DNA of 48,936 nucleotides from Candidatus Binatia bacterium (GTDB lineage: Bacteria > Desulfobacterota > Binatia > UBA9968), in contig DATDFN010000168.1 of the NCBI GenBank assembly GCA_036522615.1, positions 1 through 48,936 of the forward strand. Direction: 5' to 3'. A model generated the notes under the pieces. The model made no database searches. It had not been told where the DNA came from and worked only from the letters and a program-made list of their open reading frames with translations. Made by a program: the position numbers and the translations under genes. Below are positions 8,852 to 16,164 of this stretch, piece by piece (within the stretch, counting starts at the first letter, position 1; each line of letters opens with the position of its first letter).

Positions 8852-9493
8852 CTATGCGTTCGCGGCGCTCGCCGGCAGCGCGTCGACAACGCCGATCATG
8901 CTGTCGCGCGTGACGAGCCTTGCGAGCTGCGCCTCGCTCATGCCTTCGGTGCCGCGCGGGCGCAGCGGCAGCACGAGATAGCGTATATCGGCGGTGCTGT
9001 CGTGCACGCGGACTTCGACGTCGGGTCCCACGGCCTGGCCGAACTCGCGCATCACGCCGCGCGGGTCGTTGACCGCGCGCGAGCGGTAGTTGAGGCTCTT
9101 GTACCAGTCCGGCGGCCGGCCGAGGATCGGCCGCGGATAACAGGAGCAGAGCGTGCACACGACCATGTGGCGGAGTTTTTCGGTGTTCTCCAGAACGACG
9201 AATTCGTTCAGGCTGGTTGCGTCGATGCCCAGCTCGGCGCACGCGGCTTTGGGATCTTCGATGAGCCGCGCCTTGAACGCGGGATCGACCCACGCGCGCG
9301 CGACGATGCGCGCGCCGTTCGCGGGCGAGCGCTGCTCCTGATAATCGATCTGCTCCTGGATGTCTTTCTGCGTGAGGACCTTTTTCTCCAGCAGCAGGTC
9401 GCGGATGGCATAGATGCGCCGCGCGTAGTGGCCGAGCTCGTGGCGCGGGTGTTCGTGGCCGTGCTCCTGAGATTTGTCGTGCGTATCGCTCAT
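8852..9493 (-). CDS. nitrile hydratase family alpha subunit, cobalt-type active site
   Basis: Track ORF 8852..9811 trimmed to ATG 9493 (MSDTHDK...), preceded by an AAAGGAAAA SD. It carries the metal-claw motif VVCTLCSCYPRPILGRPPDWYKSLNYRSR, where Thr in C-T-L-C-S-C marks the Co-type. Confidence 0.9.
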   Translation of the reverse strand: MSDTHDKSQEHGHEHPRHELGHYARRIYAIRDLLLEKKVLTQKDIQEQIDYQEQRSPANGARIVARAWVDPAFKARLIEDPKAACAELGIDATSLNEFVVLENTEKLRHMVVCTLCSCYPRPILGRPPDWYKSLNYRSRAVNDPRGVMREFGQAVGPDVEVRVHDSTADIRYLVLPLRPRGTEGMSEAQLARLVTRDSMIGVVDALPASAANA

Positions 9494-9507
9494 GTCCGGT
9501 TTTCCTT

Positions 9508-9801
9508 TCACGCGGGCTCGAGCCAGTGCTCGTAAATATCGATGAAGAGCTTGTCTTTCGCGGCTTCGTATCGGTCCCACACCTGCGACTGCTCGAAGCC
9601 GACGAGGTAGAGCGGCCGCTTCGGCAGGCCGTCGCCGCCGTAGGCGAGCGACTCGGGGTTGCGGAATTCGCCGTAGACCCGCTCGATCCAGCCGCGCTTG
9701 CCGCGCACGTACCACGGCGTGCGGATGTGGCCGGGCCGGTCTTCCATCTTGACCAGCACGCGGTCGCCCGGCTTGAACCTCGCGCTCACGGCTCGCCCCA
9801 T
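9508..9801 (-). CDS. nitrile hydratase family beta subunit, C-terminal (SH3-like) half as a separate ORF
   Basis: FKPGDRVLV...RPGHIRTPWYVRGKRGWIERV...PLYLVGFE...IDIYEHWLE matches the C-terminal domain of NHase beta. The ATG overlaps the preceding ORF by 16 nt and there is no SD. Confidence 0.8.
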   Translation of the reverse strand: MGRAVSARFKPGDRVLVKMEDRPGHIRTPWYVRGKRGWIERVYGEFRNPESLAYGGDGLPKRPLYLVGFEQSQVWDRYEAAKDKLFIDIYEHWLEPA

Positions 9802-10100
9802 TTTTTGGCAAACTCGTCGACCTTCCGGTCGATCTCTTCCTTGGTGAGAATTTTTTTCTCGATCAGGATCGACTCCATGCTCGCGATCCAGCGCTCGTAA
9901 TACTTGAGCGAGCGGTAGAGCTCCGAATCCATCTCCTCGCGCGCGCGACGGAGCTCGTCGGTGCGCTTGACGCCGACGGCGCCGAGCGCCTGATTGACCG
10001 CGTCGGCGAGGATCTCCCAGTCTTCGAGCGCATGGTCTTTCCGCTCGATCGGTCCCGAGTCGCGCTCGGTGCCGCCGATATCGTGATGTCCTCTGGGCAT
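9786..10100 (-). CDS. nitrile hydratase family beta subunit, N-terminal half as a separate ORF
   Basis: MPRGHHDIGG start and the YYERWIASME motif match the N-terminal helical domain of NHase beta. A GGAAAGGAAA SD lies upstream and the stop falls 13 nt after the next ORF's ATG. Confidence 0.8.
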   Translation of the reverse strand: MPRGHHDIGGTERDSGPIERKDHALEDWEILADAVNQALGAVGVKRTDELRRAREEMDSELYRSLKYYERWIASMESILIEKKILTKEEIDRKVDEFAKKWGEP

Positions 10101-10113
10101 TTCGTTTCCTTTC

Positions 10114-11031
10114 CTAGCCGCTCAGCCCCAAGAGCTTCGCCGCGTTGCCGCCGAGAATCTTCTTTTTATCTTCCTCCGGCAGCGCCAGATCGTTGACGAC
10201 CTTAACCGAGCGCTTGAGCGGCATTGGCACCGGCGGGAAGTCGCTGCCGAAGACGACGTGGTCGACGCCGACGGTCTCGACCGTGCAGAACACCGCGGGC
10301 GTATGCAGGCTCACCGTGTCCATGTAGAGCTGCTTAATGTATTCCGCCGGGTGCTTGGTGAGCGCGTCGGACTCCCACGGGCCGAAGCTCATGTCCTTGC
10401 GCATCTCGTAGCCCATGCCGATGCGCCCCGGCAGCAGCGGCAACGCGCCGCCCACGTGCGCGGCGACGATCTTCAAATTGGGAAATTTTTCCAGCCCGCC
10501 GGTGAGAATGAAACGCGTGAGCGAGAGCGTCGTGTCGAAGGGGCGCCCGAGCAGCTCGGGCAGGCGGAAGATTTCCATCTTTTCGTTGCCGATCGTGACG
10601 CGCGGCGGGTGGACGAAGAGCGGCACGTCCAGCTCCGTCACCAGCTCGAAAAACGGCGTCGCGCGCGGCGAATCGAGGTATTCGCCTTCGACGCTGGAGT
10701 TCACCATGATGCCCTTGAGGCCGTACTCGCGCACCGCGCGCTCGGTCTCCTTCAGCATGCGCTCGTCGCCGAACGCCACGGAAGAGGCGAGGCCGAGCAG
10801 CCGGCCGGGATGTTTGTTGGTCGCCTCCGCGGCGAATTCGTTGAACTGCTTGACGACTTCGAGCGCGTTCGCGCGCTCGGGCGTGCGGATCCAGTTGTTG
10901 CCGAACACCGTGAGATTGACGCCGGCCTCGTCCTGCTCGTTCAGCAGGCGCGGGATGTCGAAGATCGCGGGCGGCGATTTCGCGTTGTGCCAGCTCTGCG
11001 GGACGAGATGGGAATGGCAGTCGATGATCAT
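10114..11031 (-). CDS. amidohydrolase-2 (PF04909, ACMSD/LigW-like) metal-dependent hydrolase/decarboxylase
   Basis: MIIDCHSHLVP (HxH), LFVHPP, AAHVGGALP and VVFGSDFPP motifs. AAGGAAG SD is present. The stop lies 13 nt before the NHase beta-N start. Confidence 0.8.
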   Translation of the reverse strand: MIIDCHSHLVPQSWHNAKSPPAIFDIPRLLNEQDEAGVNLTVFGNNWIRTPERANALEVVKQFNEFAAEATNKHPGRLLGLASSVAFGDERMLKETERAVREYGLKGIMVNSSVEGEYLDSPRATPFFELVTELDVPLFVHPPRVTIGNEKMEIFRLPELLGRPFDTTLSLTRFILTGGLEKFPNLKIVAAHVGGALPLLPGRIGMGYEMRKDMSFGPWESDALTKHPAEYIKQLYMDTVSLHTPAVFCTVETVGVDHVVFGSDFPPVPMPLKRSVKVVNDLALPEEDKKKILGGNAAKLLGLSG

Positions 11032-11055
11032 GAATGAATGCTTCCTTCTTCGCTA

Positions 11056-11085
11056 AAAATATGCGCTTGGGTACACTAATGTCAA
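11056..11085 (-). promoter_or_regulatory. candidate sigma70-type promoter for the amidohydrolase-NHase operon
   Basis: The minus strand reads TTGACA, 18 nt spacer, TATTTT. It ends about 25 nt upstream of ATG 11031, with the SD in between. Confidence 0.45.
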
Positions 11086-11133
11086 TTGTCCGCGTGCGTG
11101 TAAAGTGGGTGCGCCTATGCTAGAGATTTTTTC

Positions 11134-12897
11134 ATGCCGCTCTCCGCAATGGAAATCCAGCGCCTGATGCGCGGCGCGCTGGGCGAGATCAATGCCGATC
11201 TCATCGTCACCGGCGGCAAGCTCGTCAACGTCTACTCGGGCGAGATTCTCGACGGCATGGAAATCGCCGTGCTCGACGGGCGCGTGGTGCACGTCGGGCC
11301 GAGCGCGGCGCACGCGCGCGGCGACAATACGGAAATTCTTGATGCCTCGGGCTTATATATCTCGCCCGGCTTCATCGACGGGCACACGCACATCGGCCAC
11401 TACTGCCGGCCTTTCGAATATCTCCAGGCGTATCTGCCGCACGGCACGACCGGGCTCGTCGCGTCCTGCGACGAGCAGGCGACCGTCTTCGGCTTCCGCG
11501 GCGTAAAACTTTTTCTCGACGAAGTCGCGGCGCATCCGCTGCGCGTCTACACGGTGCTGTCGATGGTCGCGCCGCAGGACCCGCTCCTTTGCAGCACGAA
11601 ATCGCTCACGCAGGCCGAAGTCGCCGAAGCGCTCGACGATCCGCGCGTCATCGGCCTCGGCGAGATCGTCTCGTGGCTGCGGCTGCTCCAGGGCGACGGC
11701 GAGCTGCTCGAGCGCATCGCGCTGGCGCGGCGGCGCGGGAAAATCATCCACGGCCACACCGCCGGCGCGCGCGACCAGAAGCTCTCGGCGCTCGCCGCGG
11801 CCGGCGTCTCGTCGTGCCACGAGCCGATCAACGAGGCCGAGGCGCTCCAGCGGCTGCGCTCGGGCTACTGGACGATGCTGCGCGAAGGCTCGTTCCGGCG
11901 CGACCTCGAAGCGACGCTCAGGCCGATCGTCGCGCGCGGTCTCAGCACGCAGCGGCTCATCCTTGTGACCGACGGCATGTCGCCCGACGACGTGCTCACG
12001 GACGGCCACATGGATTTCGTCGTGCGCCGCGCGATCGAGATCGGCCTGCCGCCGCTGCAGGCGATTCGAGCCGCGACGTTGAATCCAGCGGTGTATTCGG
12101 GACTGGAGATGGAGATCGGCGGCATCGCGCCCGGCCGGCGCGCGGATTTCGCGCTGCTCGAAGATTTACAGAGCGTGCGCGTCCGCGCGACGCTTGTCGA
12201 TGGCAAAGTCGTGGCGCAGGACGGCGCGTCGCTCGTCGACGCGAAGCCGATCGCCTGGCCAAAAGATACGTTTCACTCGCTCAGCATCGCGCCGGGCGTG
12301 CAGCCCGCCGCGTTCCGCATTGCTTGCTCGTCCGGGCGCGCGAAGGCGCGCGTCATGCAGCTCGTCGGCCAGACGATCACGGCCGAGGGCGTCGTCGAGT
12401 TCGGCGCGCGCGACGGCGCGCTGCAAGCAAATGCCGCCGAAGACATCATGAAGATCGCCGTTTTCGAGCGGCACAAGCCGGGCGGCGGCGTGGCGCTCGG
12501 TTTCCTCCAGGGCTTCGGCGCGCGCGTCGGCGCCGTCGGCGCGACGACGAATCTCGACGAGAATACGCTGATGGTGGCGGGCTACAGCGACGAAGATATG
12601 GCGCGCTGCGCCAATTCGCTGATCGAATCCGGGGGAGGGATCGCCGTCGTGGACCGCAGCGAGATTTTGGAGAAGATGGAGTTTCCCGTCGGAGGGATTT
12701 TTTCGCCCGGGCCGTGGAGCGAGATCGGGCGAAGGCTCGACCGCGTTCACCGCCGGCTGCGCGAGCGCGGCTCGCCTTTTCCGAAGCCGCTTTATGCGCT
12801 CGCTTTTCTAACCTTTGTGACGCTGCCCGCGCTGAGGATCACCGCGCGCGGCTTGGTGAACGCGAAGGAGAGGAAGATCGTTCCCTTACTGATCTAG
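11134..12897 (+). CDS. adenine deaminase family (Ade-like) amidohydrolase, divergent member
   Basis: 587 aa. PGFIDGHTHI, IIHGHTAG, SSCHEP and MLREGSF motifs, plus an adenine-deaminase-type C-terminal domain (AVFERHKPGGGVALGFLQGFG...). Several motifs differ from canonical Ade as I remember it. Confidence 0.75.
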   Translation: MPLSAMEIQRLMRGALGEINADLIVTGGKLVNVYSGEILDGMEIAVLDGRVVHVGPSAAHARGDNTEILDASGLYISPGFIDGHTHIGHYCRPFEYLQAYLPHGTTGLVASCDEQATVFGFRGVKLFLDEVAAHPLRVYTVLSMVAPQDPLLCSTKSLTQAEVAEALDDPRVIGLGEIVSWLRLLQGDGELLERIALARRRGKIIHGHTAGARDQKLSALAAAGVSSCHEPINEAEALQRLRSGYWTMLREGSFRRDLEATLRPIVARGLSTQRLILVTDGMSPDDVLTDGHMDFVVRRAIEIGLPPLQAIRAATLNPAVYSGLEMEIGGIAPGRRADFALLEDLQSVRVRATLVDGKVVAQDGASLVDAKPIAWPKDTFHSLSIAPGVQPAAFRIACSSGRAKARVMQLVGQTITAEGVVEFGARDGALQANAAEDIMKIAVFERHKPGGGVALGFLQGFGARVGAVGATTNLDENTLMVAGYSDEDMARCANSLIESGGGIAVVDRSEILEKMEFPVGGIFSPGPWSEIGRRLDRVHRRLRERGSPFPKPLYALAFLTFVTLPALRITARGLVNAKERKIVPLLI

Positions 12898-13317
12898 CGC
12901 CGTCTCGTCGACTTTCCGCGCGGCCGGCTCCTGCCGGAGCAGCGGCAGGACCTTGCCTTCTTTTTCTTTTCGCATCGCGCAGTGGCCTTCGAGAATCGCG
13001 CCGTCGCCGATGACGAGCGCCTGCGTCGTGACGTCGCCGACGACGACGGCCGGCGGCTGCAGATCGATTTTCTTGTCGGCCTGGATATCGGCGGTGACCT
13101 TGCCGCGGACGACAACGGAGGTGGCGTTGATCTTTCCCTTGATGATCGCGTTCTCGCCTATCGTGAGCGTGCCGTGGACCGAAATTTCGCCGTCGATTTC
13201 ACCTTCGATGGTAGTCGGCCCCTCGAAGACCAGCCGGCCGCTCGCCTTGCTGCCCGGTCCGAGATATGCGCCCGAATCGGCCCCGCGCGCGGCGGCCGCT
13301 CTGCTGTTTTCCGACAT
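12886..13317 (-). CDS. bactofilin-family polymer-forming cytoskeletal protein
   Basis: Track ORF trimmed to ATG 13317 (MSENSR...). Repetitive beta-helix pattern: GRLVFEGPTTIEGEIDGEISVHGTLTIGENAIIKGKINATSVVVRGKVTADIQA... Convergent 12-nt overlap with the Ade-like gene. Confidence 0.7.
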   Translation of the reverse strand: MSENSRAAAARGADSGAYLGPGSKASGRLVFEGPTTIEGEIDGEISVHGTLTIGENAIIKGKINATSVVVRGKVTADIQADKKIDLQPPAVVVGDVTTQALVIGDGAILEGHCAMRKEKEGKVLPLLRQEPAARKVDETALDQ

Positions 13318-13482
13318 AAGGCACCCCCTGCGATTTCGCCCCGTATAATCCAGGTCGAGCCGATTGTCCAGAGGCGCGAAATGGGCCGTTTTCGGCCCGC
13401 GCGTGCGTCGCGTTCGACGCCGGCGGTTCACAGGGCCTGCTTTCGTTGACAAGGTAGGGCGCTTCTGTCACAAGATTCCGAT

Positions 13483-14991
13483 ATGGCGCTGAAAGATTTG
13501 CGGGATTTTATTCGCGTCCTTGAATCGCACGGCGAGCTCCAGCGCGTCCGCGAAGAGGTCGACTGGAATCTCGAGATGGGCGCGATCATCCGGCATTGCT
13601 ACGACATCGGCGCGCCGGCGGCGCTGTTCGAGAAGATCAAAGATCATCCGAAGGGCTTCCGCGCGCTCGGCGCATCGCTCGGACCGAGCCGCCAGCCCGG
13701 CCATTCCCTGTACGCGCGGATCGCGCTCGCGTTCGGCCTCGCGCCGGACGCCGCGCCGCAGGCAATCATGAATTATTATCTCGAGCACAAGGAAAAGCCG
13801 ATCAAGCCCGTGACGGTGAAGACCGGCCCGTGCAAAGAAAATATTCGATTAGGAATGGACGTCGATCTGTTGAACTTTCCCGCGCCGCTCATCCACGGCG
13901 GCGACGGCGGTCGCTACGTCGGCACCTGGCACACGGTCGTCACGAAAGATCCCGAAAGCTCGTGGGTCAACTGGGGCATGTACCGTCTGATGATCCACGA
14001 CCGCAATACGATGGGCTGTCTTTTCCCGCTCCAGCAGCACATCGGCCAGATGTATCAGAAGTACGAGGCGATGAATAAGCCGATGCCGGCCGCCGTCGCG
14101 ATCGGCGCGCAGCCGCTTGCGCCGATCGTGAGCTGCGTTCAGCTTCCGCCCTACGTCAACGAAGTCGACATCGCCGGCGGTCTCGCGCGCGCGCCGATCG
14201 AGCTCGTGAAATGCGAGACGCTCGATCTCGAAGTCCCGGCGGGCGCCGAGATCATCCTCGAAGGCGAGGTGCTGCCGCACGAGCGGAAGAACGAGGGGCC
14301 TTTCGGCGAATATATGGGCTACGAGGCGGGAAAATCCTCGCCCAAGCCGATCTTCAAGGTCAATGCGATCACGCACCGGAACGATCCGATTCTCACGTTC
14401 TCCAACATGGGCATGCCCGTCCACGAATCGCAGATCGTCACCGCGTTCATCAAAGGCGCGGAAGTTTATTCGGAGCTAAAGAGGCTCGGCCTCCCCGTCA
14501 AGGGCGTTTACTACCCGCCGTTCGCCGTCGGCCATCTCGCGGTCGTGTCGACCGAGGTGCCGTTCATCAATTTCGCGCGCCGCGTCGCGCACGCCGTGTG
14601 GGCGACCAAGCCGGGGCTTTTCACCTATTACATCGTGATTGTGGACAGCGACGTCGATCCGACGAATACCGACGAGGTGCTGCACGCGATCGCGACCAAA
14701 TGCCATCCGGTGAACGGCATTCACCCCGTCGATCATATTCCCGGCTTTCCCGTGCTGCTGCCGTTCCTGCCCCCGAAGGAGCGCCTGCTCGGCGACGCGG
14801 CGGGAGTGATTTTCGACTGCACCTGGCCGAAGGACTGGCCCGCGGAGTCGATACCGATCAAAGCGAGCTTTGAAAATCTCTGGCCGGAAGATGTGCGCGC
14901 GCGCGTGCTGAGCAAGTGGGAAGCGTACGGCTTCAAATCGACGGACGCCGCGCCGAGCGATCGCGCCAAAGCGCGCGCCGGGCGAAAATAG
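13483..14991 (+). CDS. UbiD-family (prenylated-FMN-dependent) decarboxylase
   Basis: 502 aa. The N-terminus DLRDFIRVLESHGELQRVREEVDWNLEMGAI...PAALFEKIKDHP and the overall length are typical of UbiD/Fdc-type enzymes. Confidence 0.85.
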   Translation: MALKDLRDFIRVLESHGELQRVREEVDWNLEMGAIIRHCYDIGAPAALFEKIKDHPKGFRALGASLGPSRQPGHSLYARIALAFGLAPDAAPQAIMNYYLEHKEKPIKPVTVKTGPCKENIRLGMDVDLLNFPAPLIHGGDGGRYVGTWHTVVTKDPESSWVNWGMYRLMIHDRNTMGCLFPLQQHIGQMYQKYEAMNKPMPAAVAIGAQPLAPIVSCVQLPPYVNEVDIAGGLARAPIELVKCETLDLEVPAGAEIILEGEVLPHERKNEGPFGEYMGYEAGKSSPKPIFKVNAITHRNDPILTFSNMGMPVHESQIVTAFIKGAEVYSELKRLGLPVKGVYYPPFAVGHLAVVSTEVPFINFARRVAHAVWATKPGLFTYYIVIVDSDVDPTNTDEVLHAIATKCHPVNGIHPVDHIPGFPVLLPFLPPKERLLGDAAGVIFDCTWPKDWPAESIPIKASFENLWPEDVRARVLSKWEAYGFKSTDAAPSDRAKARAGRK

Positions 14992-15008
14992 CGCCGCCGC
15001 AGCGCGTC

Positions 15009-16163
15009 CTAAGCTTCTTTAGACGACGCCTGAGTGTAAAGTTTTTGGAGTTTTTCGAGCATCGCGGCCTGGGAAAATTCCCGCTCGACGCGCTCGCGCG
15101 CGGCGCTCCCCATCGCGGTCCTGGCGTCCGCATCATCTAAGAGTCTTTCCAGCGCCCGAGTCAGCGCATCGACATCCCCGCACGGAAATAGGAGTCCTGT
15201 CTCGCCGTCGGCCATAGTTGCGGGAATCCCGCCGACAGCGGCGGCGGCGACGGGCTTCCGCGCCGCCATCGCCTCGAGCACCGTGAACGGCTGCGCCTCG
15301 TAACGCGAAGGCATCGCAATGACATCGATCGCGTGCATCAGCCGTCGCGCGTCGGCGCGGTAGCCGACGAAGCGGACGACATCGCCCACGCCTTCGTTTT
15401 CGGCGAGTTCTTTGAGCTCGCGTTCATGCGGTCCGGAGCCGATGAGCACGACGCGAAGCGCCGGCCAGCGCGGGCGCAGGTGCGCCGCCGCGCGAATCAA
15501 TAAGTCTGTGCCCTTCTCGTACTCCAGCCTGCCGACGGCGCCGATCACGAGGGCCGCTTCCCCGACGCCGAGCTCGCGTCGGATACCGGCTGCATCGCCG
15601 GCCGCGTCGAACTCGGCCGCGTCGACGCCGTTCGCGATCACGGCGATTTTCTCCGGCGCGACATTCTTCTTCTCGACAAGATCGTCCTTGACCGTACCGC
15701 ACACCGCGATGATGCGATCGAGCGTGTCGAGGACGAGCGCCTCGAAAAACCTTTGCAGCGCAGGGCGGCCGAAGATCGCGTTGTGCACCGTCAAAATTCT
15801 TGTTGGAACTCCCGCCGCACGGCTGGCGAGAATCGCGGGGTAAACCGCGCTGAGTCTCCCGGCATGGAAGTGAACGATGTCCGGATGCTCCGCGCGCAGC
15901 GCCGCGCGCGCGGCCAGGAACGGCCGCCAGCTGCCCATCGCGGGCCGCACGAAGCCGGGGTCTTTTCTCGGATAGGCCAAAATCTCCCGCGGCGAGATCC
16001 CTCGCTCCCGGAGCGCCGCGCAAAATGTCTTGCTGCGGGGGTCGCAGAAAACGGCGAGTTCATGCCGCTCGCGCATGTAATCGATAAGCGCGAGCGCATG
16101 GCGCGCCATGCCGCCTTCGGAATTCGGCGCCATGTAATAAGCGATGCGCAGACGACGCGCCAT
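15009..16163 (-). CDS. glycosyltransferase family 4 (GT-B, GT1-type)
   Basis: E-x7-E region PSRYEAQPFTVLEAMAARKPV and GGIPATMADGETG. It is a paralog of the GT4 at 24385..25563. Confidence 0.88.
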   Translation of the reverse strand: MARRLRIAYYMAPNSEGGMARHALALIDYMRERHELAVFCDPRSKTFCAALRERGISPREILAYPRKDPGFVRPAMGSWRPFLAARAALRAEHPDIVHFHAGRLSAVYPAILASRAAGVPTRILTVHNAIFGRPALQRFFEALVLDTLDRIIAVCGTVKDDLVEKKNVAPEKIAVIANGVDAAEFDAAGDAAGIRRELGVGEAALVIGAVGRLEYEKGTDLLIRAAAHLRPRWPALRVVLIGSGPHERELKELAENEGVGDVVRFVGYRADARRLMHAIDVIAMPSRYEAQPFTVLEAMAARKPVAAAAVGGIPATMADGETGLLFPCGDVDALTRALERLLDDADARTAMGSAARERVEREFSQAAMLEKLQKLYTQASSKEA

Positions 16164-16164
16164 C

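Noticed and set aside
8852-10100. Calling the three-ORF enzyme specifically a thiocyanate hydrolase (scnBAC).
   Set aside because: Gene order and the Co-type claw motif fit SCNase. However, the subunits here are markedly shorter than the SCNase subunits as I recall them (about 157/126/243 aa), and no sulfur or cyanate-handling genes (such as cyanase or COS hydrolase) are adjacent. Substrate specificity cannot be assigned from the motifs, so the family-level call was kept.
12886-13317. Bactofilin as a functional member of the NHase/Ade-like/UbiD module.
   Set aside because: It is a cytoskeletal scaffold family with no enzymatic link. It has its own orientation, convergent with Ade-like and divergent from UbiD. 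It is most simply an unrelated neighbour, and its presence weakens rather than supports operon-level linkage of UbiD.
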